64,000 nucleotides of DNA from Candidatus Latescibacterota bacterium (GTDB taxonomy: Bacteria; Latescibacterota; UBA2968; GCA-2709665). The notes under the pieces are model-generated. The model was not told the DNA's origin. It did no database searches and was given only the letters and a program-made list of their open reading frames with translations. Where the stretch lies: contig OZ220733.1 of the NCBI GenBank assembly GCA_965116875.1, forward strand, positions 4,096,001 to 4,160,000, written 5' to 3'. The first letter of the stretch is position 1, and each line of letters begins with the position of its first letter. This document shows positions 37,726 to 47,724 of this stretch, piece after piece. Made by a program: the position numbers and the translations under genes.

Positions 37726-38604
37726 TCACAGATCCACGCCCGAACGCCGCAGCAGATCGGGTATCATGTCGGTAAACTCATCCTCTCCGCGGTCTCCAAC
37801 GTCTCGGAACCGGACCATGAGGTCTCTGGCCAGCGGACCGACCTCCAGCGGCACCCCGAGTTCCAACCCAAGCTCAATCCCCAGATGCAGATCCTTCACC
37901 GCCAGATCGGTGGATGCGCCCATTCGACCGCTGTTCAGAAAAAGCGAGAGGGTGTGTTCAAATATCCTGCTTTGTCCCATACTCGACCTGATCGCATCCA
38001 GCAACAGGCGCGGATCGATCCCGGCCCTGGCGCTCATCGCCACGCCCTCGCACGCACCGATGAAATTAACAAACATCATCAGGTTGTTGATCAGCTTGAT
38101 CGCATTCCCGGATCCGGCCGGTCCCACGTGAACGATCCTTCCGCCAATAGACGCCAACACCGGCCTCACCCGCTCCAGGTCCTCCGCGTGACCGCCGACG
38201 AACAGGGTTAGCGAAGCATCCTGGGCGCCATGGATGCCGCCACTGACCGGCGCGTCGAGCACGTGTAGACCCCGTTCCGTCCCCGCGGCGCAAATGCGGC
38301 GCATGGCGGACGGAGCGATGGTACTCGTGTCAACGTACGTCGATCCCCCGACCAGGCCGGAAAACACCCCGTGTTCACCCAGTGCGACCTGCTCGACCGC
38401 ACCGCTGTCGGGCAGGGAGGTCAGCACCACTTCGGATCGAACCGCCACCGCCCTCGGGCCTTCAGCCCAGAATGCGCCGGCCGCCTCGAGGTCGCGGCCG
38501 GTCTGACGCCGGGTATCGTGGATGGTCAGCGTGTGCCCGGCATCAAGGATATTGGCCGCCATCGGCTGCCCCATATTTCCAAGACCGATGAATCCGACTT
38601 TCAT
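37726..38604 (-). CDS. Beta-hydroxyacid dehydrogenase (3-hydroxyisobutyrate DH family)
   Basis: MKVGFIGLGNMG, LDAPVSGG, KLINN. Confidence 0.9.
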   Translation of the reverse strand: MKVGFIGLGNMGQPMAANILDAGHTLTIHDTRRQTGRDLEAAGAFWAEGPRAVAVRSEVVLTSLPDSGAVEQVALGEHGVFSGLVGGSTYVDTSTIAPSAMRRICAAGTERGLHVLDAPVSGGIHGAQDASLTLFVGGHAEDLERVRPVLASIGGRIVHVGPAGSGNAIKLINNLMMFVNFIGACEGVAMSARAGIDPRLLLDAIRSSMGQSRIFEHTLSLFLNSGRMGASTDLAVKDLHLGIELGLELGVPLEVGPLARDLMVRFRDVGDRGEDEFTDMIPDLLRRSGVDL

Positions 38605-38741
38605 GTCTACCTTGATTCGTAAGTCTTCGTGGACGTTAATTCGATTATGTGCAAGATGATAAAGGCGATTAGACGGCCGATTACCAGGATACACCAGGGG
38701 TCACTGGACATGTTCGGGATCTCTCGCCCGGCCCCTCAGAA

Positions 38742-38865
38742 GCGGGTAGACGGGAGACGGTAGAGGGGAGAGATTGCCTGCCTTGTAAGGATTCCCTTCG
38801 TGCCGAAGGCAAGGAGGGAAGACATTCCGGGCGAGGATTTCTTCTACCGTCTACCCTCTACCCGC
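38742..38865. repeat. Inverted heptamer-repeat arms (23 bp, 2 mismatches) enclosing ~78 bp; MITE-like
   Basis: gcgggtagacgggagacggtaga ... tctaccgtctaccctctacccgc. Confidence 0.65.
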
Positions 38866-38914
38866 ATTCAGGCTCTTTGTGCCAATCTGCCTGTTGTCTT
38901 TTTTCGAATTGAGG

Positions 38915-39310
38915 TCAATCCCCGCGCACTTCGTCACGTGTGTCAAATTCGGCAGGCATGGTGATTTCGATCACCTCCCAGTCATCGGAATATTCGAGTA
39001 CCTCGTGCCGGATACCGGGCGGCTGGTACCATGCGTCGCCCGCTTCCACCCGAATCTCGCCGATGTCCTCGAAGTAGAGGCGAGCCCACCCCTTGATCAG
39101 ATAGACCATCTGAAAATCCAGGTCGTGTGAGTGATAACCCAGCGGTCCGGTGCATGATTGCCGGGCGCGGATGATGTGGGCGAGGATTCTTCCGTCCGTG
39201 GCGTCCTTGATGCCGAGGTCCCGGTAGGTGAAGTAGGGACGCAATCCCTCCTCCGTCCAGCGGGCATCTTTGGCGTGTGCGGCGAACGACTCGACTTTTT
39301 TCCCGGACAT
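38915..39310 (-). CDS. Cupin domain protein
   Basis: YHSHDLDFQMVYLIKGW, GDAWYQPPGIRHE. Confidence 0.85.
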   Translation of the reverse strand: MSGKKVESFAAHAKDARWTEEGLRPYFTYRDLGIKDATDGRILAHIIRARQSCTGPLGYHSHDLDFQMVYLIKGWARLYFEDIGEIRVEAGDAWYQPPGIRHEVLEYSDDWEVIEITMPAEFDTRDEVRGD

Positions 39311-39517
39311 GGCGCGACTCCTGAGTTAAGGGGGATGCCAATGGTTTGGTGAAGGGGCGAACTCACCGGTAATCCGGATACAGCTTCCGAGCGATTGCCT
39401 GTCAATTGTGCGCCATACCCGTCCGGCGCGCAAGACATTTCTGCGATCCGCACCGGTCGCGGTCTTACCGGAACAGGGGCTCTCGAACCTATGGTCGCAG
39501 GGGACGGAGGGGTTCAC

Positions 39518-40342
39518 TCAGGCCGAGGCGCCGGAATAGTGGCGGAGCCCCCAACGCCAGAACAGGCGCGAGGCGATCAGCATACCCGCCGCCACGAGAA
39601 TCGAGGCGGTAAGTGACTCCGAATCGAGCCGGCCGGTAAGGGCCCGGGCGGGCACCGTGATCGCGAACGCGACCGGAACGATGAACGTAAGGACGAAACG
39701 GAGCCAGTAAGGATAAATGCCGACGGGCCAGCGACCGGCCTGGACCATCGAGTCGAAGATATTGAGGATGTTCTCGACCTTGATGTACCAGAATGAAATG
39801 GTGGACAGGATCAGGAAAAAGCTGTAGATCGTGGCCGCGCCGCACAGGAGGACCATGCCGAACGTAAGGGTGTCAATGGCGCCGACGTCCGCGCCCCTCT
39901 CGATGAGGGCGTAGGACAACACGATTCCGCCCAGCACGACGTCGGTCGCCTTCCAGATCCGGAACTGGCTTATGCTGATCAGAAACTGCGCATCCTCGGG
40001 TTTCGTGAGGGTGTAATCGAGCGTTCCCCGCCGGACGTCCGTCATCAACTGCATCATACTGGGGCGGATAACGATGGAAATACCCGCGCCGATAATCACG
40101 AATACGCCGATCAGGGCGAGCAAATCGTAGGATCTCCAGTCCCCAAGGGTATCCGTGTGGAGAAAGACCACGTAGACCCCGAGCAGCGCCTGTACAAGGC
40201 TCACCGCGGACTGGAAGATCTGGACGTAGAAGTTGACGCGATAGGCCAACTCGTTCAGAATGCCGATCTTCAGGAACGTCCATATCACGGTCAGCTTGTG
40301 CAAAATCGATTGCCCCTGGAAGACGGTTGGGGATTCCGGCAC
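39518..40342 (-). CDS. ABC-2 type permease (DUF990-like)
   Basis: LAYRVNF, G.LDY.L.KP, WPVGIYP, terminal YSGAS. Confidence 0.85.
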   Translation of the reverse strand: MPESPTVFQGQSILHKLTVIWTFLKIGILNELAYRVNFYVQIFQSAVSLVQALLGVYVVFLHTDTLGDWRSYDLLALIGVFVIIGAGISIVIRPSMMQLMTDVRRGTLDYTLTKPEDAQFLISISQFRIWKATDVVLGGIVLSYALIERGADVGAIDTLTFGMVLLCGAATIYSFFLILSTISFWYIKVENILNIFDSMVQAGRWPVGIYPYWLRFVLTFIVPVAFAITVPARALTGRLDSESLTASILVAAGMLIASRLFWRWGLRHYSGASA

Positions 40343-40348
40343 GGCTTA

Positions 40349-41143
40349 CTATGATCCCACGGCGGCATATTTCCTGACGCCCCGGCGCCAGACGAGTTTG
40401 ACTATGGCGAAACCGACAACGACCCACAGAAGCTGCATCAGGAGTCCACGTTCGATCTGCGCCATATCGAGCCTGCCAAGGATAAGCTCGACGGGAAAGG
40501 CGACCGACCACTTGAACGGCAGCGCATCGGCGATCGCACGGGCCCATCCCGGCAGCAGGTCCAGTGGCGCAATTCTGCCAGACAGAAAAAGGCCGAAGAA
40601 GAAATACATCTGATTGACAGCGTCGGTCCGTGTTGTCCAGAACGCGACGAGCGAGAGTGCCCACTCAACGAAGAATCTGAGAAGATATGCAAGGAACAAT
40701 GAGAACACGAAAAGGAGCACGTTGACAATTTCGAAGTGAAACGTGGGTTTGAACAGGAGGCAGAGCACGGCCGCGGACGGGATCAGAACGCACAGCGTCA
40801 GGGTCTTGTAACCGATGTTGTCGGCAATATCGCTGTGGATGGGATGGATCGGCTTCAGGAGCATCGCCGACAGTTCGCCGTGCTGGACGCGATAGCCCAT
40901 TTCGTGCATGATCCAGGTAAACGTCCACATGTTGACGACCATCAGTACGATGTAATACGCGGCAAACCCGCCTGCATCGTAACCTCCCACGTCCCCGCCC
41001 CGGGCTATGGCCACGGTCGACCAGACGACACAATAGATCATGGGCTCGAGAAGCCCTCCGATCATCCAGATCGCCATGGCGACGCGATATTGGAACTGAA
41101 GCGCGATGGAGGTTTTCAGGTACGCCCAGTAAATCGCAAGCAT
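40349..41143 (-). CDS. ABC-2 type permease (DUF990-like)
   Basis: FQYR, GELS..LLKP, FLSG.IAPLDLLP, terminal YAAVG. Confidence 0.85.
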   Translation of the reverse strand: MLAIYWAYLKTSIALQFQYRVAMAIWMIGGLLEPMIYCVVWSTVAIARGGDVGGYDAGGFAAYYIVLMVVNMWTFTWIMHEMGYRVQHGELSAMLLKPIHPIHSDIADNIGYKTLTLCVLIPSAAVLCLLFKPTFHFEIVNVLLFVFSLFLAYLLRFFVEWALSLVAFWTTRTDAVNQMYFFFGLFLSGRIAPLDLLPGWARAIADALPFKWSVAFPVELILGRLDMAQIERGLLMQLLWVVVGFAIVKLVWRRGVRKYAAVGS

Positions 41144-41196
41144 CTGTGTCTCCTGCGCCCGGAAATCCCTTTACCGATCCGATATGGACAGTCGGG

Positions 41197-42207
41197 TCAG
41201 GGATCGCGCGGGTCCGCCGGCCCGGCATCGTCGTCCGGGGTGTCCACGGAAAAGACCTGCTCGATTACTTCCTCGATGGGCGGGTCTTCGACGGTCAGAT
41301 CGAGTACAGGTAAATCACCGAGTATCCTTGCTGTCACCTGCGGCGTTGCCTCCTTGGGTACCCTCAGGGAGTAGCGCAGCCCGGCGGCCTCCACGACCTC
41401 CCCGTACGGAGAGAGGTCGGCGTTCTCGGTCTCGAGTTCGACGTCGATGGTCTTGTGCGGGGAGAATCGGGTGACAAGATCGGAAAGCGCGCCGTCGAAG
41501 AGAATCCGGCCGTGGTGGATAACCACGACACGTTTGCAAAGCGCCTCGACGTCGGCCATGTAATGGCTGGTCAGCAGCACCGTCGCGCCGTGCGCGCGGT
41601 TGTAATCTTCAACGAAGTTCCGTATCCGGCGCTGCATGGTAACGTCGAGGCCGATTGTGGGCTCGTCCAGGAACAGTACCCTCGGACGATGCAGCAGGGC
41701 GGCGGCGATCTCGCACTTCATCCGCTCTCCGAGGGACAGGTTTCTGACCGGTTTGGGCAAGAGCGGTTCCAGCTCGAGCAATTCCGTCAGTTCATCGAGC
41801 GTCTCTCTGTAGTCCCCGCGCGATATCCGATAGACCGCCCGATTGCGTTCGAGGGAGTCGATCATCGGGATGTCCCAGATCAGCTGGTTTCGCTGTCCCA
41901 TCACGAGCGTAATCTGACGGAGGAAAGCCCTTTCGCGCCGGTGCGGAATATGACCCAGAACTTCGGCCGCGCCGTCCGTGGGATAGAGCAATCCGGAGAG
42001 CATCTTGAGCGTCGTTGTCTTTCCCGCCCCGTTGGGACCGAGAAAGCCGACGATTTCACCGGGTTCGACGCTGAAGGAGATCGCTTCGACGGCCTTGACC
42101 AACCTCGTTTGCCGTTTGACAAGGCTTCTGGCCGCGGCGCGGAGACCGGCCTCGCGCTCGGGAACGGCGTAGTACCTGGAGAGACCGTTTACCGTGATGG
42201 CGTGCAT
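41197..42207 (-). CDS. ABC transporter ATP-binding protein
   Basis: GPNGAGKT, LSLGERMK, LDEPTIGLD, TSHY. Confidence 0.9.
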   Translation of the reverse strand: MHAITVNGLSRYYAVPEREAGLRAAARSLVKRQTRLVKAVEAISFSVEPGEIVGFLGPNGAGKTTTLKMLSGLLYPTDGAAEVLGHIPHRRERAFLRQITLVMGQRNQLIWDIPMIDSLERNRAVYRISRGDYRETLDELTELLELEPLLPKPVRNLSLGERMKCEIAAALLHRPRVLFLDEPTIGLDVTMQRRIRNFVEDYNRAHGATVLLTSHYMADVEALCKRVVVIHHGRILFDGALSDLVTRFSPHKTIDVELETENADLSPYGEVVEAAGLRYSLRVPKEATPQVTARILGDLPVLDLTVEDPPIEEVIEQVFSVDTPDDDAGPADPRDP

Positions 42208-42331
42208 ATGATCGTGGATGCCGTTTGGGATACCCGTCAATATGGACAACGAGCCGCCGGTCTGTTGGAATCGGCGGCCCGTGAGAGCGAGACGTTGAAG
42301 AAAGTACCTGGAAAGGTCGCAGCGGAAACAT

Positions 42332-43564
42332 TCAGGAGCCGATCCGGTCCTGAATGACGCCCCAGTCCGAATCGGTCATGTCGCTGTAGTGCCAGTAAAT
42401 GAGGGTGGTCAGGCCGCCGTGCTCAACGGTCTGCAGCAGGTGTTCGAGTTCGCGACTGTCCATGCGGACGCCACCGTGGTGCAGTCCCATCCAGGGCCGG
42501 ATTCGGGAGACGTCGCCCAGTCGCTCTCGCATCTTGGTGATTTCACTGAGGGCCACCTGCTCGAAGAACTCCGGTGGCAACGGAGCGTCCAGGTCGGCGA
42601 GGCATCCGGCGCCGGGAATCCACAGCGCGAAGAGTTCGCGCACCCGATCGAGCGCTTGCGGTTCGGTCATTCCGGGGTTCCACGCGCAAAGGGTCGCCGC
42701 CCACCGATACAGGGTACCCTTGAGGCCATCGATCCCATGCTGCCAGAAATAGAGTTTCGGGCACTGGAAGTCGACGATTTCCGCAAGACGACCGAAATTG
42801 TAGCCGGTAAGCGGTGCGAAGGCGGGCAGGCGGGGGCCGCAGGCCACCTTGCGCGCCGGCTCCAGGGACCGGGCGGTGTCGGCAAACGCGCCAACGTAGT
42901 TCTCGATGCTGTCGGTCTTGAACCGGAACCAGTCGAAAAGGCCCGGGTTCGAGATCAGTGCGTCGAGGCCGTCGATCAGCCCGCGTTCCCGGCGGCCCGG
43001 CGGCAGACGCCCAAGATTCCCGAGGTTGTCCTTCAGGCGCGCCTGCGCCTGCCACAGGACGTCGAAATCGTACCCCCATTCTGCGGCTCGCTCACGGCAG
43101 CAGTCGCAGTCGCACCGGAACAGATTGCCCCGATGGTCGGGCGCAATTTCGTATCCCCATTCCGGTCCGTCCAGGATGAATCCGTCCACCCCGGGGAAAC
43201 TCCGCACGACGTCACGGGTCCGCGCGGGCCCGTACCTGAGTTTTTCCGGACCGTTGATGCAACCCGGGGCGGATTGAAGCCAATCGTGCAGATACACGTC
43301 GAAGTGCCGGTCTTTCGCCCTCTCAACGGCCCGTTGAAGTATTTCGAACCGGGGGACGTCTTCCGGCGACATTTCCGGCGGACGGGTCTCGCATCCCTCG
43401 TAGAGTTCAGGCGTGGGTGGATACGCGGGCGACGACCCGAATCTCAGGTCGCCCAGCACGATCGTGTCGATGCCCACCCCTTCCAGGCGGTCCAGGACGT
43501 GGTCGACGCCTTCTTCTTCGAAGGCGTCGATCCGGCCGATAAACATCCATATATCGAGTGACAT
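42332..43564 (-). CDS. Uncharacterised protein, possible glycoside-hydrolase-like TIM barrel
   Basis: 410 aa ORF with RBS; DGFILDGPE, CDCDCC cluster, PKLY. Confidence 0.65.
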   Translation of the reverse strand: MSLDIWMFIGRIDAFEEEGVDHVLDRLEGVGIDTIVLGDLRFGSSPAYPPTPELYEGCETRPPEMSPEDVPRFEILQRAVERAKDRHFDVYLHDWLQSAPGCINGPEKLRYGPARTRDVVRSFPGVDGFILDGPEWGYEIAPDHRGNLFRCDCDCCRERAAEWGYDFDVLWQAQARLKDNLGNLGRLPPGRRERGLIDGLDALISNPGLFDWFRFKTDSIENYVGAFADTARSLEPARKVACGPRLPAFAPLTGYNFGRLAEIVDFQCPKLYFWQHGIDGLKGTLYRWAATLCAWNPGMTEPQALDRVRELFALWIPGAGCLADLDAPLPPEFFEQVALSEITKMRERLGDVSRIRPWMGLHHGGVRMDSRELEHLLQTVEHGGLTTLIYWHYSDMTDSDWGVIQDRIGS

Positions 43565-43585
43565 GGAAGGTCCATTCCATACAAA

Positions 43586-43614
43586 AGGAGGGCGGGTATG
43601 GAACCCCGCCCCCG
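43586..43614. repeat. REP-like palindrome
   Basis: gggcgggt-atgga-accccgccc imperfect hairpin between two co-directional genes. Confidence 0.4.
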
Positions 43615-43635
43615 AGGTTCGGGCCGCCTGTCAAT

Positions 43636-44685
43636 TCAACCGATTTCCAGCATGCGGTCCACCGAGCGCCGGGCGCGGATCCGGATGTCTTCCGGTACTT
43701 CGATAATCTGCTCGTTGTTTTTCAGGGCGTTCAATGTGTCTTCCAGTGTAATTTCGTTCATGTGCGGGCAGCGGATACTGCAAAGCCGTACCATTTCTTT
43801 CTCGGGGTTATCGGCCATGATATTGTCGCCCATACTGCACTCCGTGAGCAGCAGATAACTCGATGCTTCGGTCTCCTGCACAAACGCGCTCATCTTCGAG
43901 GTGCTGCTGGAGAAGTCGGAGGCGGCCACAACTTCGGGACTGCACTCCGGATGGGCGAGAACGAGCACTCCCGGAAACTGCTCCCGCACGTGGGAGACGT
44001 CGTCCACGGTGAATTTCTCGTGCACTTCGCACCGGCCGTGCCAGCCGATCATCTCGTATTCGAGCTCTGATCGCGGCAGATCGGGCTTTTCCCGCGTGGG
44101 GAAGACGATTCGCTTGCCGGTTTCCTGAGCCACGTTTGCCGCCAGATATTCATCGGGAAGAAAGATGACGGTTTCGCTCCCGAGCGACTCCACGACCTTC
44201 GCGGCGTTGCTGGACGTACAACAGACGTCGCATTCCGCCTTGACGTCCGCATACGTGTTGATGTACGTGACGATGGGGACGCCGGGGTACTCCTGTCTCA
44301 GCCGGCGGACGTCTTCAGCGCTGATACTCGCCGCGAGCGAACAGCCCGCAACCCGTGCAGGCAGAAGTACGGTTTTTTCCGGATTGAGGATCTTCGCGGT
44401 TTCCGCCATGAATCGCACGCCGCAGAAGACGATCGGGTCGCATTCGGTCTCAGCGGCTTTGCGGCTGAGTTCGAGCGAATCTCCCACCACGTCCGGTACG
44501 GTATGGAAGAGCGCCGGCTCCATGTAGTTGTGACCCAGGATAATGGCGCCCCGCTGTTCCTTCAGGCGGTTGATCTCGTAGACCAGTTCAGCCTTATACA
44601 GCAGCTCGATATCCGGCACGATACCGCTGAGTTTGCGCTCCATGTGTTCGTACGTTTCCTGGAGCGTATCCGCCAGGATTGCCAT
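43636..44685 (-). CDS. nadA: Quinolinate synthase
   Basis: GHNY, GDSL, FCGVRFMAE, GCSLA, YINT, CCTSSN, CEVH, HPEC, CPHM. Confidence 0.95.
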   Translation of the reverse strand: MAILADTLQETYEHMERKLSGIVPDIELLYKAELVYEINRLKEQRGAIILGHNYMEPALFHTVPDVVGDSLELSRKAAETECDPIVFCGVRFMAETAKILNPEKTVLLPARVAGCSLAASISAEDVRRLRQEYPGVPIVTYINTYADVKAECDVCCTSSNAAKVVESLGSETVIFLPDEYLAANVAQETGKRIVFPTREKPDLPRSELEYEMIGWHGRCEVHEKFTVDDVSHVREQFPGVLVLAHPECSPEVVAASDFSSSTSKMSAFVQETEASSYLLLTECSMGDNIMADNPEKEMVRLCSIRCPHMNEITLEDTLNALKNNEQIIEVPEDIRIRARRSVDRMLEIG

Positions 44686-44864
44686 CGAGAGAGTCTCCGC
44701 GCCTGCTGAAATCGGTATGGGTTAGCAACCCGTTGAAAGAGTCCATCCGGGCTGCCTGCCTGCCAGGACTTCACTGGCAGGCCTGCAGTGCGACTTTATC
44801 AACGGACTGTTAGCGCTAAAGATACACAAACTCGGCTGGATCGGCAAGGGCATCGGCCCGATGG

Positions 44865-45923
44865 TTAGTCTGCAAGATCCTCCTGCCGCGAGCGCCTGAG
44901 GAGTTCCGCTTCCGCCGCCTGCCTGTCCGCGTCGTTACTGAGCGGCGTTATGGTGACCCCTGGCGCCGGCCTGGGGGAGAGGATCCGGCTGGCGCCGGCG
45001 CGTTGCAGTTCTCGGACAACGGGTTCGGGGTTCGGCGCCAGCGCAATAATGGTTCCGCCTGCTCCCGCTCCGGCCAGTTTGGCGCCCAGGGCCCCGGCAT
45101 TCAGCGCGGCCTGAATGAGGCGTTCGTTCTCCGGACCGGAACCGCCGAGATCCCGCTGGATGTCGTGATTCTCCACCATCAGTTCTCCCAGGGTTTGCCA
45201 GTCCGCTTCCAGAAGGGCACGTTTTCCCATTCGAGCCACGTGGGCAATGCGCAGGTAGCTGCGGACGACTTCCCGGTCGCCTTCCAGCCAGCGTTCCCGG
45301 ATCGGCTGGTGAACGCGGGCCGAGTTGCGTTTTATCCCCGTGTGGGCGAGGACGAAGGGACATTGGTCGATGAATGGCGCGAGGGGTTCGACGGTGGCGT
45401 AGGGTTCGTCGGCCAGCGCCCGGTAGAACTGCTTTTCCCGGAAATCCAGAAAGTTCAGCCCTCCAACCGTGCACATATATGCGTCCTGGTAACCGCACAG
45501 GACCAGGTAGTGCAACTCGATGTGGCGTGCCATTTCCGCACGGTAGTACACGTGGACGGACCGGCCCATGTAGGCCAGAACGGCATTGAGAATGGATACG
45601 ATCAGGGCGGATGAACTCGACAGTCCCGCCCTGAAGGGGACGTCGCACGACCAGCGCAGGGAGAACAGGGCGTTTTTCAGGTTGAGGTAGTCGACAACGG
45701 CCATCGCAACGTCGAAATATCCGCCGTCCGGTTTCAATTCATCTGCGGCATGAATCACACGGCGGCAGCCTGCGACCTCAAAGCTCAGAACGTCGGCGGG
45801 TTCGATAAGTACGACGGCGCGTTCCTGCGTTGAACACGAGATGACGCTGCCCCCGTACATATCGGTGGGATTGCCGATTATGCCCGCTCTGCCGGGCGCC
45901 GAGCTCAGGTATGCCCCCGGCAT
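44865..45923 (-). CDS. GHMP-family sugar kinase (glucuronokinase-like)
   Basis: GRAGIIGNPTD.YGG, PFRAGLSSSSA, CGYQD, GAKLAGAGAGG. Confidence 0.8.
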   Translation of the reverse strand: MPGAYLSSAPGRAGIIGNPTDMYGGSVISCSTQERAVVLIEPADVLSFEVAGCRRVIHAADELKPDGGYFDVAMAVVDYLNLKNALFSLRWSCDVPFRAGLSSSSALIVSILNAVLAYMGRSVHVYYRAEMARHIELHYLVLCGYQDAYMCTVGGLNFLDFREKQFYRALADEPYATVEPLAPFIDQCPFVLAHTGIKRNSARVHQPIRERWLEGDREVVRSYLRIAHVARMGKRALLEADWQTLGELMVENHDIQRDLGGSGPENERLIQAALNAGALGAKLAGAGAGGTIIALAPNPEPVVRELQRAGASRILSPRPAPGVTITPLSNDADRQAAEAELLRRSRQEDLAD

Positions 45924-45925
45924 AC

Positions 45926-46831
45926 TCAGAATTCCCTCAATTGCTTCTGGATATGCTGCCGGATGAGATAACCGTGGCGCTGGTCCGAGATGGCGAAGTC
46001 GATGAACGCCTTATAGTACGATACGGGGTCGCCGATGCCATATCGAAGTTCCTCTTTTTTCAGTCGGATGCATCGTACCGTTCGGCCCATCTTGATCAGC
46101 GTGGCAATCGCATCCGTCAACTCCAGCTTGCCGCTGTGTCCCGGCAGAGTGTGCCGTATTGCGTGGAAGATCTCGGGATGAAACACATATCGGGCGGCGA
46201 CTGCAAGGCGACTGGGCGCGTCGGACGGGGATGGTTTCTCCACGATGCTTTCGATTTCGAAGTCCGTGCTGGCGCTGCCTTTGGGTTTGACAATGCCGTA
46301 ATTGGGTACATCCAATGGATCCACTTCCACAACGGCGATCGTACATCGGGAATCGTGCTGGAAATGGGACCTGATCATCCTCCGGATCAGGCCCGCGTGG
46401 TTGCCGGACTTGACAATCGTATCTCCGAGCGCTACGACGAACGGGTCGTTTCCCACGAAGTCCTCGGCGCCGCCAATGGCGTCACCGATCCCAGGCGGTG
46501 TGTGCCGGCCGTGAGGGATGAGCTGACGGGTAAAGAAAAACCTCACTGACTCGCGTCCAAAATCCACTGCGTCCAGCAATTCCCGATTTTCACTCTCCGA
46601 AAGCCGATTCAGAAGTTCATGGTCCCGATCGAAGTGATCTTCGACAGGCCGTTTGTCCCGTCCCGTTATAAACAGGAACCTTGTCAGGCCCTGGTCGACC
46701 ATCTCTTCCACGACGTACTGTACCACGGGTTTACACGCGACCGGGAGCATCTCCTTGGGCTGCGATTTTGTGGCAGGCAGGAGGCCGGTACCCATTCCTG
46801 CCAACGGGATCACGACCTTTTCGATTTCCAT
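45926..46831 (-). CDS. GalU/GalF-like sugar-1-phosphate uridylyltransferase
   Basis: VIPLAGMGTGLLPATKSQPKEMLP, EDHFD, LGD, VEKP, ELTDAI. Confidence 0.85.
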   Translation of the reverse strand: MEIEKVVIPLAGMGTGLLPATKSQPKEMLPVACKPVVQYVVEEMVDQGLTRFLFITGRDKRPVEDHFDRDHELLNRLSESENRELLDAVDFGRESVRFFFTRQLIPHGRHTPPGIGDAIGGAEDFVGNDPFVVALGDTIVKSGNHAGLIRRMIRSHFQHDSRCTIAVVEVDPLDVPNYGIVKPKGSASTDFEIESIVEKPSPSDAPSRLAVAARYVFHPEIFHAIRHTLPGHSGKLELTDAIATLIKMGRTVRCIRLKKEELRYGIGDPVSYYKAFIDFAISDQRHGYLIRQHIQKQLREF

Positions 46832-47036
46832 AAGTTGGAACTCCCCGGGTTGTTAAAATACAAAAATCAGGGCGTGCCTGCTGCAGCACACCCTGTATTC
46901 GACGGGACGGTCTTCGTTCGTACCGCGGCCGCTGATTTCGCCCACGACGGGCGCGGGAACCGGTCAGGATCGAAGCCGGCAAGGCCTTGGGGAGACATTG
47001 CCGGCGCCGGTCGTCTGATGACGTCCTGAAGTGCGC

Positions 47037-47369
47037 CTACAGCACGGCATCGAGTTTTTCAACCAGTTGTTTCTTCGGTACCGCTCCGACAACCTGATCG
47101 GCCAATTCGCCGTCTTTAAAAATGAGCAGTGTGGGAATACTTCGGATACCGTAGTCGGCGGCGATTTTCTGTTCGGAGTCCACGTCGACCTTACCCACCT
47201 TGACCCGGCCCTCGTACTCGACGGCAAGTTCGTCCACGATTGGCGCGACCATGCGACAGGGCCCGCACCACACGGCCCAGAAGTCCACGAGTACCGGAAG
47301 GGTGGACTCGACGACTTCAACCTGAAAGCTATCGTCGGTTATGGTAATCGGATTTCCCAACGCGCACAC
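47037..47369 (-). CDS. trxA: Thioredoxin
   Basis: [18 protein letters not shown]. Confidence 0.95.
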   Translation of the reverse strand: MCALGNPITITDDSFQVEVVESTLPVLVDFWAVWCGPCRMVAPIVDELAVEYEGRVKVGKVDVDSEQKIAADYGIRSIPTLLIFKDGELADQVVGAVPKKQLVEKLDAVL

Positions 47370-47382
47370 CGCCTTTCGTTAA

Positions 47383-47544
47383 GAAGTTGTTTTAAAATTA
47401 CCGGTGAATTCCCGAGCGCGAGCGAAAAAGCGGCGGTCAAGGCGGGCAAATCCGCCCATATTTGTCTATACGGGTGGATTTGACCAACGCCGACCGGCGC
47501 TTTTGCAGCCGTGCGAAGTCCGCCGGGAATTTTAGGACAGCTTC
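47383..47544. mobile_element. MITE-like 162-bp foldback element with terminal inverted repeats and flanking TAA
   Basis: TAA|GAAGTTGTTTTAAAATTACCGG ... CCGGGAATTTTAGGACAGCTTC|TAA; interior also self-complementary (caaatccgccc / gggtggatttg). Confidence 0.7.
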
Positions 47545-47644
47545 TAATGGGATAAATTTTGGAGTTTCCGCTTCGCACCGTCGGCCGTCGTACGGCCGCT
47601 ATCATTGCACGTACGTCCGGATTCGGGCTCCTCATGAATTGTCA

Positions 47645-47673
47645 AATCTACCAAGTTTTCGAGATCGTGTCAA
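47645..47673 (-). promoter_or_regulatory. Sigma70 promoter facing trxA
   Basis: Minus strand TTGACA-17 bp-TAGATT with extended TG. Confidence 0.65.
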
Positions 47674-47724
47674 GAATCACGGAAGAGCGTGAAAGCCCGT
47701 GTGATGGAGTCGCCCGGCGCCGCT

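Noticed and set aside
47383-47544. Long hairpin as 6S RNA or another housekeeping ncRNA
   Set aside because: Sharp terminal inverted repeats with flanking TAA fit a MITE better; not fully excluded without an Rfam search
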